A stretch of 64,000 nt of DNA from the human T2T-CHM13v2.0 reference genome, Homo sapiens. The position numbers and the translations under genes were made by a program. The notes beneath the pieces were generated by a model, which saw nothing but the letters and a program-made list of their open reading frames with translations, was not told where the DNA came from and made no database searches. The stretch is taken from NCBI RefSeq assembly GCF_009914755.1, contig NC_060926.1; one strand, given 5' to 3'. Position 1 is the stretch's first letter, and each line of letters starts with the position of its first letter. Below, in pieces: positions 42,858 through 55,189 of this stretch.

Positions 42858-43471
42858 TTAGTTACACTTGGTGGCATGTGCCTATAGTCCCAGCTACTTG
42901 GGAGGCTGAGGCTGAGGCAGGAAGATTGCTTGAGCGTGGGAGGTCAAGGCTGTAGTGTGCTGTGATGACACTACCTGTATTAGGGTTCTCTAGAGGGAAG
43001 AACTAATGGGATAGATATGTAAAGGGGAGTTTATTAGGTATTAACTCACACGATCACAAGGTCCCACGATAGGCCGTCTGCAGGCTGAGGAGCAAGGAGA
43101 GCCAGTCGAAGCTCCAAAACTGAAGAACTTGGAGTCCAATGTTTGAGGGCAGGAAGCATCCAGCAGGGGAGAAAGATGTAGGCTAGGAGGCTAGGCCAGT
43201 CTCTCTTTTCACATTTTTCTGCCTGCTTATATTCTAGCCTCACTGGCAGCTGATTCGATTGTGCTCACCCAGGTTAAGGTTGGATCTGCCTTTCCCAGAC
43301 CACTAACTCCAATGTTAATCTCTTTGGGCAACATCCTCACAGACACACCCAGGATCAATACTTTGTATCCTTCAATCCAATCAAGTTGACACTCAGTGTT
43401 AACCATCACACGTCCGTCTGCACTCCAGCCTGGGTGACAGAGACCCTGTCTCAAAAAGACCAAAATCAAAA
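42709..43471 (+). mobile_element. AluJ, interrupted in the right arm by an MLT2A LTR
   Basis: GATCGCTTGAGTTCAGG and GGAGGTCAAGGCTGTAGTG (J-type) to 42975. Resumes CTGCACTCCAGCCTGGGTGACAGAGACCCTGTCTC after 43410. Confidence 0.92.
42976..43410 (-). mobile_element. Complete MLT2A solo LTR (HERVL)
   Basis: TG...CA termini (plus strand TGTATTAGGG...AACCATCACA), 435 bp, colinear with 304-668. Confidence 0.94.
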
Positions 43472-43774
43472 CACCCACACAGAAAAAGAGGGCTCAATTC
43501 CGAACTTTAGCTCCTATTAGCTCTGCAGTTTGGGACATGTAATTTATCTCTCTGTACTTTTCACCCTTTTATTCATAAAACATTTATTAAGCAATTCTTA
43601 TTTTCAGAACCCCTAGAGCAATCAACAGACAGACAGAGCCCTGCTTCATGGAGCGTCTGCTCTCTCCTGGAGCTCACACGCTGAAACAGACAGGATGCAA
43701 CACCTCAGGGTTGTTGGAGAACCAGGTAAAGCACTATGAAAACAAAGATGTATTTTATAAATATAATTAATAGA

Positions 43775-44000
43775 AAGAACACAGTATTTGGAGTCAAAGG
43801 ACTTGGACTTGAAACCTGGTTTTATTCTTCCTGAGCTAGTGGCTTTGGAGTGAATGCAGGCCACTGGCTTTAATTTCTTTATCTGTTAAATGGAACAATA
43901 TTCCCCTCGTCACAGCATGGTAGGACAGTTAAATGCAATGTCTGTGAAAGCATTTTATGAATAGGAAAACAATCTGTGAATATCAGTCATTTGTTAATTA
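43775..44000 (+). mobile_element. MIR
   Basis: TGGAGTCAAAGGACTTGGACTTGAAACCTGG...TTTCTTTATCTGTTAAATGG. Confidence 0.7.
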
Positions 44001-45589
44001 TTAGTCATTTAAAATGAAGCATAAGGAAATCTCTTATCTCAGAAATTAAAATATGTCTGCAATCAACAATTGCTCAGAGGATTGTCACATTGATAATTGA
44101 TAAAGCATGTTAGGAAACTGGTAAGCATTGGTTAAAAGGTCCGGAGATGCCCACCAGAGTAGGCTGCCTGCAGAGCCAACAGAAGTTGGCTTAGTGATAA
44201 GCGATCTCTGGATGATACTGACCCATGGGGTCACTCCAAGCCCATTGCTGTAGCTCTGGCCTTCCTAAGAATGCTCCTGATGCTTAGTGCATTTCTCACT
44301 ATCGGGAGAAGGACAGTCCAACAGTGTCCACAGAGAATCTCAGGCTAGAAGTCTGTTCTTCAGTAGAAGGTGAGAAATTTGCGTAAGGCACCTCTTTTGT
44401 TTTGTTTCAGTTACCCACGAGCTTGATTAGTGTGGCTCACCCTCTAGTGCCTCCTGATTTAGGGAGAAAATAAACTTCTCAGCTACCCAAAGCCGAGGGT
44501 GAACTGCCTGCCCTGGGTCCTGCCTGCACAGGCCGTCTAGCACCGTCTCCTGACGACCTCAGAGGGCTGCCCCAGGGGGCAGCAGAGACCACTGGCAGGG
44601 CTGAAACAGGGTCCTTGTCTGAGGAGACAATGGCTCATTGTGCACAGTGACCTGCTGTATTCTAGGCACTGTGACTGGCCAGGAGTGAGTGGTCATTGTG
44701 CATACGGTATACAGACACATAACAAAATTCATCTTTACAACACACTGGGAGGCGGGCAGTTGCAGATCCTGAGTGAGAGAACCAAGGGACTTGCATGAAG
44801 TGGAACGATTGAGTGTAATGTGTGTCTTTTTCCATGCACAGCCCTTGCTTTAGGTGTTATCTCAGGCAGGATGTTCAAGGAACGGAGGGATACATGAGGG
44901 AGAAAGACAGGAAGGAGCCCCCAGCCCCCAAGAGTAAACCAAGGCCCCAAGGCACTGCGCTAAGTGCCACCAGAGAGGCAGATGTCAAAGGTCAGAGAAA
45001 CAAAGGTCACACCTAGCCAAGGACATCAGTTCAGGCTTTCTGGGGGAAGGAGCATCTTGAGGAACAAGACTACGTCAGGTGGAAAAGCAGATGACTGAAC
45101 AGGCATTCCAGGAGAAGGAATGGTGTGAGCGGCGCCATCCTGGAAAGCTGAAACCCCAAGGTGAGATTTTACTGAGAATCTGAGAACACTTGTGTCTATT
45201 TCTTTTGAGGGACATATTCTAAAACTGCAAGGTGGATAGGAAAATAGAGCCAGCAGGAAATTAACGCAGTAATAGCAGCATACTGGCCCTGAGCAAAATG
45301 AGAGCACAGCTATCTTCTGAAGAGCTGAACCATGTCAATTCACCTGGTGCCTAGGGCACTTCTGACTTTGGAAATCCTGTTGACATTGATCAAGCTGAAC
45401 CAGCCTAGCCTGAACATGATGACAGCCACTACTCAGCCTGTGCTCTTCTCAGCCTGGACTGGAGCTGCACGAGCTCTGCCTGACCACTTCACGTGGTCTC
45501 TGGGAAAGTCAGATCCGAAGGAAAGAAGGCCACAGGGGGCCCAGAGAGAAGAAGGTGAACTTTAGGCCCTGGCTGGATCCGATTCGGAG

Positions 45590-45815
45590 TTGAACAGATT
45601 AAGTTCCAAGATTAGAACCAGACTGTCCTGACTGTACAGGTGTAGGGAAGTCACCTTAAGCTTTGCATGTTAAATTGCAGTCTCTTTATCTCTAAAATGG
45701 AGATGATGATTCTGCCTTCAAGGTTTGATGTCAGGATAAGAGGAAGTAACACAGGAAAAACAACTAGCAAGGGGCCTAGTCAATGGGAGGTGCTGGAAAA
45801 CATTAGTTTCCATTG
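45590..45815 (+). mobile_element. MIR
   Basis: GGAAGTCACCTTAAGC...CAGTCTCTTTATCTCTAAAATGGAGATGAT. Confidence 0.7.
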
Positions 45816-47968
45816 CCACTGTGGAATAGTTAGAATGAGGCAATCATATAGAAAAATAATTAGACTCTTTCCTATCCTCAAAATACTCAAGTTCTCTGAA
45901 AATGCAATGTGATTATTTTTAATCAGCTGATTGGGATCCAGGATGACTTCATAGTCTTGTGAACCTAATTGAAACACATCCAGCTCTTATTGCTGTGAAT
46001 TGGAGAACTGCAGGCTGCTCTGAACTCACAGTGACCCCTGTACAAATGACCATTTCATCAACTGCCTGGGGAGGAGGTTCAGAGGCATGAAAGGGAGACA
46101 CGGGCAAGGACATAAGCTCATTTCCTTCTGGGGCTTGAGGAGTTCGTCAACAACATTTTAGTGATTCAGTAATGAGTTGCTGGTTCCCTAGAGGCGAAAC
46201 AGGTCTCATGCTTCCCTAGGGAGGCATGAGACTACCAGAAGATAGTTTCCTATCTCGTACATCATCTCTTGATTTTACCATCTGACCTGTTCAGTTTATC
46301 TTTGTATGGTTTCCAGCTCCTAATTGCATACCCTGGCATGACCCAGCCACCTCCATTGAGCCCTTCATGGCACATGACTGTACCTTCCGGCTGTTTTCAG
46401 GCTGGTGAGAGAGACCCTTTCATATTTATCCTCTTGGTAGCACAGTCTTCTCTGCAGCTGAAGATAGAAGCCAGGGTAGTGATTCTAAGTGACACTTCAG
46501 ATGTCACTCTTCAGCTACCTGAGATGAAAAATTGGGATTCCTGTTTCATACAAAAGGAGCTTGAAATTGTACCCAGGGTATGGGAAGATGCCAAGATGGT
46601 GGCAGCTACTGAATGCTGGGATCTTATAAATAAATAGAGGCTCAGAGAAGTTTCAATGACGCAGCTGGTACGTCAGGGCCAGTCAGAGAGGGACTTAGGT
46701 CGGTGTGATCTCACATCCAGTGCCTCTTTGTTCATCTCAGACCCGCTTCTGAGGCCAAACCAGGGCAGTGACAGCAGGAAGGAAGGGGAGGAGTGGTTCC
46801 AGAATTCCTTGTGGTATGAGAGGCATGACGTGCCACACAACACGTCTCCTAATGCTGGGTGACTGTGAAAAAGCCTCTAACTATTTTATTGTAAACCCCA
46901 GCAAATGCCAGGGCAACCTAATGACTTGGATTCTCCACAAAGAGAAAGCTTTTGGCACTGAGACAAAGACCTTAAATCCTCCTAAAGTTAAAATGAGCCC
47001 TAAATTTGCATTTCAGCTCCCTTCTTTGATTCTTTAGTGGTTTAACTTTGAAATGAAACACAAATTTCTTGGGGGATTTTTCTAAACTGGTTGCAAAGAC
47101 CAGATGACCAGCTTCCCCGGCTCCTGTGTGTTTAGACCCTGTCATCACAGCCTGTGTGTCCGTCCCAGTCCCACTGCAGGGACTCAGGCAAAAATAGTAA
47201 GTGAGGTCAGACCTCAAAGGAAAAAAAAGCCCTTGTTATCTAAACAGAAGGAATCAAATCATCTTTTAAGTCTAAGGTTAAGAAATGCCTTACTCCTACT
47301 TGGATCTGTGTTTGTGGATGAATTACTTAATCTTTCATTCATTGGTACACGGGCTCAGAATGTCTTCTGCGAGCCGGATGCCAGGGAGGATGAGATGTGG
47401 GCCTGGACACAGCAGGTTTGCCGTGAGGCCAGTGGTGCTTGAGCTTCAGGGTACCTCACCACGCTCCTGGCCTCTTCCAAGGCAGAGGGGCCTTGGTGAT
47501 GTGGCACACGGTCTTAGGATTTTGTAAAACACTTATATGTAACACTTAAACGTAAACACTCCCTCAAAAGACTTTAACTTCCATGAGACCTGAGCGCTCT
47601 CTGGTCCTTTCCCATGAGAAGCCTGGGTCTTGTGGGAGAGACATTCATTCAAACAAATGAATTCCCAAGCACATCAGAGGCACTAAGGTAGAAGTCAGGC
47701 AGGGCACAGTGGTACACAAAGGAGGGACCCCTGACCTGCTGAGAATACTGTTCCTACATCTAGAGCTTGGAGTAGGGTTCCGTCCTGTTTCCATGCCAAC
47801 TGGGTGGATTGCAATTCAATGCTGATCCAACTACCTGGAGTTAGCGCAGGACTCTACATGTCAAAGGCTTAGGCCTCCACAAGACTGCCCTGACCAGATG
47901 CCAGCCACACTATGGGGGTCTCCAGGCCATTGCACTTCTATCCAACTGGTTATAAATTCAAGGGCTCC

Positions 47969-48380
47969 TGTATTAGTCTGTTCTCACACTGCTCTAATCT
48001 GTATTAGATTAGACATATGGAATCTAGACATACTAGACACTGGGTAGTTTATGAGGAAAAGAGGTTGAATTGACTCAAGTTCTACATGACTGGAGAGGCC
48101 TCAGGAAACTTATAATTATGGTGGAAGGGGAAGCAGGCACATCCTACATGGCGGCAGATGAAAGAGAGAGAGAGAGAGACAAGAGGTAAGAGCCCCTTAT
48201 AAAACCATCAGATCTCATGAGAATGCACTCACTATCATGAGAACAGCATGGGGGAAGCTGCCCTCATAATCCAATCACCTCTCTCCCTCCACATGTGGGG
48301 ATTACAGGCCCCTCCCTAGACATGTGGCGTTTACAATTAAAGATGAGATTTGGGTGGGGACACAGAGCCAAACCACATCA
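47969..48380 (-). mobile_element. MaLR solo LTR (MSTA/THE1D-like)
   Basis: Plus strand TGTATTAGTCTGTTCTCACACTGCT...GATGAGATTTGGGTGGGGACACAGAGCCAAACCACATCA. 5-bp TSD GCTCC/GTTCC. Confidence 0.92.
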
Positions 48381-48532
48381 GTTCCCATGACCCCCTCAGG
48401 TTTGATAATTTGCTAGAACAACTCACAGAACTCAGGCAAACACTATACTTTATGATTACAGTTTTATTATAAAAGGGACACTTAGGGAAAGTTCTGGCAG
48501 TGTGTGAACTTAAGTGCAGAGCTCCTGTGCCC

Positions 48533-48718
48533 CCTCCTGTGGAATGGGGGTGCATTGACCTCCTGTGGAATGGCGGTGCATCGACCTCCTGTGGAATGGG
48601 GGTGTATCGGCCTCCTGTGGAATGGGGGTGCATCAACCTCCTGTGGAATGGGGGTGCATTGACCTCCTGTGGAATGGGGATACATTGACCTCCTGTGGAA
48701 TGGGGGTGCATCGACCTC
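48533..48718. repeat. 26-bp minisatellite, 7 copies plus a partial (CCTCCTGTGGAATGGGGGTGCATTGA)
   Basis: Seven head-to-tail units at 48533-48714 with few substitutions and no spacers. Confidence 0.97.
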
Positions 48719-49324
48719 TGCAGCACATCCATGTGTTCCCCGGCAGAAACCCCCCTGCCCTTCCCGGTCCTCCTCATCAAGCTGTGTGTGTTTGGCAGAG
48801 CAAAGATCTGGGGTTCTTGAGCTGGAGCTCTGGCCCCTGGGTGACATCCCCTAAGCTCCTAGTAGCTACCAGTCCTGCTGGATGCCCTGCTCACATCTTG
48901 GAGTTGATTAAACTCAAGAAAATAGGTGGCTTGGAAAGAAAAACCTCAGGATTCCCCTCTCTCTGGCCACACTGAGCCTCAAAGCTGATATGGCTCTGCT
49001 GGGGTTGGTGAGGGCAAGAGACCTTTTGTGCTGTCACTTTCCTTGTCCCTTTCTAGTACTGAGAGGGGAATGTCTAGGTAGTTTCAGCTTGACGTGTGCT
49101 CATACTCTCTCTCCCTGTCTCCTTCCCACCATCCACTGGCATTGGAAAAGAGTGAGCTTTTGGTCCCCAGTTGCCATATCCTCTTCCCCTCAAGCAGCAG
49201 CAAGCCCACACCTTTGCTGTCAGAGGAAGAATTGAAGAGGTGGCTTTAATAGGTGAACCTCCTTACCCAGCACCCCGTTCCCATGCCTGTGATCCTATCT
49301 TCCATGCCTGAGGCATCTGTTTTT

Positions 49325-49690
49325 AGTTTTTAAAATTAATGTTTTAATTTAGAGATAATTTTGATTCACATGCAATTGTAAGAACTATTACAGAGACCCT
49401 GTGGTGTACCCTTAACTCAGTTTTCCCTAGTAGTAACATCTTGGACAACTATAGGAGAATATCACAACTAAGGCATCGAGATTAATACAGGCAAAGCATA
49501 GAACATTTCCATCATCACAAAGAGCCCTTCTGTTGCCCTTTTGTAGCCACACTCATTTCTCTTCCATTCCTATCCCCTTCTTAACCCCAGTAACCATTAA
49601 TTAGTCTGCCATTTCTATGAAGAGATCCACTGTAAACATAGGTGCACAGGTTTTTGTGTGAACTTAAGTCTTTATTACTGTGGGATAAAT
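49325..49690 (-). mobile_element. Old L1 (L1MC/MD-like) 3' fragment
   Basis: GATAATTTTGATTCACATGCAATTGTAAGAA...GTAACATCTTG...AATATCACAAC. Confidence 0.7.
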
Positions 49691-50139
49691 AGAGGAATCC
49701 ATTCCGTAAGATGTTCTAACATCCCCTCTGGAGGATGGACACTTTGTAGAACCATGGCCAAGGTTAAGTACTTAGGAAAACAACAGGTAATACATTAAAA
49801 ATTTAGATATTGCCCTCTCAGACGATTATTAAGACATGTATTTGCCCATGTTAGAAAATATGATGAAGATATTTTTCAGATTGCATATAATAAAAATACT
49901 ATGTAAACATAATTATAGAAAAAATCATTTGCCATTTAGTACTACTTTCCAAGCACACATAGGCAGGAATAGATCCAAAATCCCTGGAGAGAGTGAAGCT
50001 GGTAAGTAAGAAAGATTTATTTTTCACATGTTGAGGGGAAGTCCTCACTGCTGTGCCTGGGCTGGTACCATCACACTAAGTGTCAGAGAGTGACGCCAAA
50101 GGAGATGTTTTCCTTTCAGAACTCTAATCACTAGTGAAT

Positions 50140-50376
50140 CCCTCCCTCCCTTCCTTCCTTCTCTCTTGCTCTCTCTCTCCCTTTCTCTCTTTCTCTCTCC
50201 TTCCTTCCTTCCTTCTCTCTCTTTCTCTATAACTCTGTTGTCTATCATCTCTGTCCATCTCTATCTGTCCATCTACCTATTTATCTATCACTATCTGTTA
50301 ATATATCTATCTGTCTATCATCTGTCTCTGTCACTCTATCTATCATCTATTTATGTATCATCTATATAATCTACCA

Positions 50377-50431
<55 letters not shown>

Positions 50432-50548
50432 ATCTATCTATCTATATCTGTCCCTCTATCTAATCTATCAATCACTCCTACTACATCTATCATCTATCTA
50501 TCTATCTATCTATCACTATTTATCTATCTATCATCTATGTAATCTATC
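50140..50548. repeat. CT-rich tract followed by degenerate and perfect (TATC)n/(GATA)n
   Basis: Perfect TATC array at ~50385-50430 within ~300 bp of degenerate TATC. Confidence 0.93.
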
Positions 50549-51816
50549 TTTTTTTTTGCAAGTTTGAAGGACTGAAGGAGCAGAGGGAGAATGCTCCAGT
50601 CACCCAGTGCCCACTAATGGCTGGGATAAGGACTACGCTGGGCAAGAACACAGGCATAAATGTGAATAGGATTTCATCCCTGTGGAAACTCCTTCCAGAG
50701 GGGAAGTGGGTCTCTCTCTGGGTCTCTAACAGCCTCATCTCAGGAGATAGTGACTGGCTTGTGTCTTTCTTCCTTTCTTGGAGTCCTAATCCCTCAAGCA
50801 TTTCTGGATACTGAGATATTTCAGACCCAACACATCTAGCCCTTTCTCAGCTCCTTTAGAATTTCCTCTTTCCTTCCACTTTTTTAGAGATAATATGTGG
50901 ATAGAAAGAGTACTGAAAAAGACTTAACCTTCTGGTCTCCTTACATCCTCCCTTCCTGAATTGCAGGCAGTACAAAAGTCACATTCCAAAATGATCACAG
51001 GACCAACTGCTCAGAGAAAAGTGATAGGTCAGCATTTCTGCATGGTAGCTGTCACCAAGTGCAATCTATCCTTATGGTATTTATATATTTTCGTTGAGGT
51101 ATTATTGCATCTAGTAAAATACACAAATCTCTCAGGTCCAAAGCTAGATGGATTTCTTACATCAGTGTGTACGTTTGTAACAACTGTTCAGTCATGATAT
51201 AGAACATTGTCATCATCCTGGATGGTCCCTCGGGCCCCTTCCTACTCTGTATTCACCCCCTCAAGGTTAGTACTGCTCTGATTTCTGTATTCTGGCTGAG
51301 TTTTATAAATTTAGGTTTAAACTATGGTTAACAATTTATAGCAGAATGCATGTGCAGCAACACATAAAAAGAGGAAACATTTTAGAGAAATATAAAAATG
51401 TTAGATTTAGTATTTGATGAAGTAAAAAAAAATTTGCAAATAGATGAGCCGCACCCACTAGGAACCCATGAGGCAACAATGACCTAGATGTACAGATAGG
51501 AGACCCTTGGTCCAAAGGTACACGGAAGGAAGACATTTTCTAAATTACCTTTTGGGTGTGCACTTGTTATTCATATAATCCCCAAACATCAGAGATGGGA
51601 GAGACTGAAGTCAGCACCTAGGTTCATCTCCTTTCTTTATAGAGCGGGAAACCAAGGCCCAGTGGAGCTACGACATTCACACAGGCCTCAGAACATGTTA
51701 ATATCAGCACTGTGACATTACACTGTCCATCCTTCAACAGTAGGACATGGCTGTCTCTTCTGTTTACTTATCAAAGGATTAAAATAAAACATCAGTAAAA
51801 ATTGAGAGACTTGGAC

Positions 51817-52204
51817 TGTTATGGGCTGAATTGTTCTCCCCTAAAGTTGATACATTGAAGTCCTAATTCTGAGTACCTCAGAATGTGACTGTTTTTGGAG
51901 ATGGGGCCTTTAAAGAGGTAATTAAGGGAAAATAAGGTCATGGGGTTGTGCTCATTCAATAGAACCCATGTCGTTACAAGAAGAGGAGTTTGGAATGCAG
52001 ACATGAATAGAAGGAAGACCATGTGAAGACACAGCAGGAAGACGCCATCTACAAGCTAAGAAGAGAGGCCTTAGAGGAAGCCAGCCCTGCCAACACTTTG
52101 ATTTCAAACTTCCAGCCTCTAGAACTGTAAGAAAAATACATTTGTGTTGTTTAAGCCACCCAGTCTGTGGTACTTTATTATAGCAACTCCAGAAAACTAA
52201 TACA
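51817..52204 (+). mobile_element. MLT1B solo LTR
   Basis: TGTTATGGGCTGAATTG...GTACCTCAGAATGTGACTG...AAACTAATACA. TSD TGGAC/TGGGC. Confidence 0.9.
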
Positions 52205-52254
52205 TGGGCTGACAAAAGTAGCTGGTGTCTATTTGCTTATTCTATGTGTTCAAT

Positions 52255-52490
52255 TATACATTTACTGAGAACCTAATATGTGCCTGTTACTCTGGGAGAT
52301 GTTGCACTAAGGACTTTAAATATATTAACTCAATTAATCCTGAGCACAGACCTCTGAGGTAGGTATTGCTATACCCATTTTATAGATGAAGAAAGCAAGG
52401 CAAGACAAACTGAGAGAATTAGTCAAACTGACACACCAGCAGGTGGTAGAGTCACAGACATGTAAACGTGGGCAGTGTGGCCTGACAGAG
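52255..52490 (-). mobile_element. MIR
   Basis: CCTCTGAGGTAGGTATTGCTATACCCATTTTATAGATGAAGAAA. Confidence 0.8.
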
Positions 52491-52539
52491 TGAGTTGTGG
52501 GAGACAGAAGTCAGCAGGAACATGGAAGAGAATAATTCT

Positions 52540-53520
52540 CCCAGAAAAGGAGTGGAGATTTACGGAAGAGGAACTGAGGCTTGAAAAGTGAACAAGAGAG
52601 AATGACCGAAGGCGGTGGTAGTGGTATTTCCGTTTCAAGGCATGCAAAGAGGCGTGAAACAACATGGCAGTTTGGGAGAATTGTAAGTAGTTGTGCATTC
52701 GTTCAAAGAGAAGTGTTGAGTGAGAACACAGGGGCCAGATTACTAGGGTCTCGTATGATGAACTACTCTGGATGGAAGTGATCCTCTGGGCACTGGAAGA
52801 CCCTGAAGAGGGTTAAGAAAGAGTGATCAGATTTGAATTTTATAAAGTGTTCAAGGAAGTGTGGCAGGGACTGCGGTTAGAGGCACACAGCCCATTTTCC
52901 AGGATGGCAGTGGTCTTGGCATGAGAAGGGTGAGCCAGGACTGTGGTCAGCATCTCACAGGGGATGAAGAAAAAGGAAAAAGTATCTGATGCTGAGAAAA
53001 CAGAAAACGCAAGACTCAGTTTGCAGCAGATGAAGGAGAGAACAGGTCCAGAATCATTCCCGGTGTTTTGGATGACTTGACTAGGAGGCTGATGCCAGAG
53101 TTAGAGACAAAGTGGGTGCACACTCTGGGATCCTGGGTCCCATCGTGCAGAGGCTGCTGGCTCTCTGTAACCTGAGCTCAGAAGGATGGTCTGGAGGGGA
53201 GGCAGGAGAGGCATCAGTGTAGAGATGGGGACCCAAGCCAGGACAGTGAGTGAGAGCCTACAAAATGCAGAGGAAGTACAGCAGAGAGTTGGGGCAAGTT
53301 GGGGCAAAAATCTGGGTGGCCAGCAGCATACAAGAGATGTAGAGACAGTGGAGTCTGGAAGAAAAGTCTGGAAGGAATGATCTGATACACAGGAGGAAAA
53401 CAAGATATGAATAGTCCCACCAAAACCAAGGGAGATGCTGTTTATAGGAAGAAGGTCTCTAACATTAGCTGCTGCAGAGACATGCCAGATGGTGAGGGCT
53501 GGACAGGTCTGGGCAGTGGC
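52540..53520 (-). mobile_element. L2 fragment
   Basis: GAGTGATCAGATTTGAATTTTATAAAG...GAGCTCAGAAGGATGGTCTGGAG, antisense L2. Confidence 0.65.
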
Positions 53521-55189
53521 TCTATTGGAGAAAGTGAGCTGCAAACCAGGTTTCATCCTTAAAAGGAGTGTTTTGTCTTTTGTGATTGACATGATTCTCT
53601 GACTGATGTATCTAATTCATGATTTTTTTTTTCACAAATGCACATAGAGCTTTCAGTGTTACCCAGGTGAGCAATGCAGCAGGCAGGCTGCAGGCTCACA
53701 TGTTGACACTCAGGTTCCACATGAGTACATGAATGTGACACAGCATTTCAGAACAACAAGAAAAAACGTGAACAAAATGAAAGAAAGAACTCCAACTGTC
53801 AATTTGATACTCAGAATTTAAAAATTCCCCAAATCTTATTAGAAATCAATAAAACTATGCCTAATTAGATGTAATGCGTCTTTCTTTTGAGAATGTAGGT
53901 TCATGGTCTCGTGGAACCAGTTCCTCCTGGTTTAAACAGAGTTATTGAAATGCAGGAAGGATGCTGGATGTCTGTGCTTCTTTTTTCTGAAAGGAACCTC
54001 TCAGTCCCTGGGTGACCCTGTGCTAATGAGTATCCACTGGTGAGTCATCTCCCGGCCTGGACTCAGAGATGCTATCAGTTTCATTGAAGTCCCCACAGTC
54101 ACCTCGGCTTCTCCAGCCTGCAACAGCTACAGGAAGGCCATTAGCTCAGCCGTGTGCCCTCCCTCCCCACACCACCCCAACTTGTCCCTCCTCTAATGTA
54201 ATATTTGCAGACATGCCTGGCATTCGTTCCTAAAATGTATTATTCTACACACAAACACCCTTTGATCAGCTTGACAGGAAAACCAGAAGCATCACGTACA
54301 TATTTGGTTTAGCAAAGCTGTAACGGGAACAGATGTCTCTGCAAAGACTATTTCAGAATGACCCTGAATGTGTCCTCTTTTTTTTTTTTCTGTAGAGAAA
54401 TTATGGCCACATTTTTAATGATTCTTTCCAACTTGGAACTCTGCTGAGAGGTATCTCATTCATTCTCAGCCAGATTCCTGGCTCCCGGGCTGCAGTCCCG
54501 TGCAGGCTATAGGTTACTTGTTTGGAAGCATTTTCAGTGAATGAGGCCAGTCTGTGTTGTCCAGCTGGCAGGAGAGCAGCTGTGGACACATGGGGGAAAT
54601 TGCACGTTTCTCCCTGTCACTAAGATGAGCCTGAGTGTCTCTCTTTCCTCAGGCAGCCAAGCAAACTTTCTGCTAGACCACACAGGCCCCAGTCACACTT
54701 ACCCTGGGGCCCAAAGCAAAATTTTTCAGCTGCTGACAGGAAGAGTGTTTTTCTCTCTGGTTCTGTGAAGTCTGGAACCATGTGGCAGATGAAGTGGTTG
54801 CCTCAACTGGGTCACTGTTTGCTGGTCATGGGCTTCCACTGTGGAGCCAGCCCAGGGGAGGCCCAAATGGGAGGCAGCAGGGTGGGCTGCCCATGAGAAA
54901 AATGAACTGTTGAAAGAGCTGGACCTATTTGATTTGAACATCTGCACCATATCTTCCAGGATATTCTGTCCTGTCTACATTGTTGCCATTGACATGTCTT
55001 AGGTTGAATGACGTGATGGTGATAACAGATCATGAGATTTTCCTGTGTTATTTTTATGTTATGAGTGGTTTATTGAAGTGCAGTTAATATCCTCACTTGC
55101 TCTACCCTCCTTCTCTTGAAAGAGGTGATGATCCTATCTCTGCCCTCAAACTTTCTAGGTGAGGACTCGAGGGGTTGTGTGAAATTCTG

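Larger units (their letters stand above)
47785..48760 (-). mobile_element. MER21-family LTR, interrupted by a MaLR LTR and containing a VNTR
   Basis: ACTACCTGGAGTTAGCGCAG..., resuming CCCCCTCAGGTTTGATAATTTGCTAGAACAACTCACAGAACTCAGG. Homologous to 22905-23611. Confidence 0.82.

Noticed and set aside
48533-48718. CRISPR-like array of 26-bp repeats
   Set aside because: The units are head-to-tail with no unique spacers, there are no cas genes, and the context is a primate LTR. It is a VNTR.
53101-53592. 163-aa minus-strand ORF
   Set aside because: Overlaps a decayed L2, with no recognisable protein similarity or exon structure.
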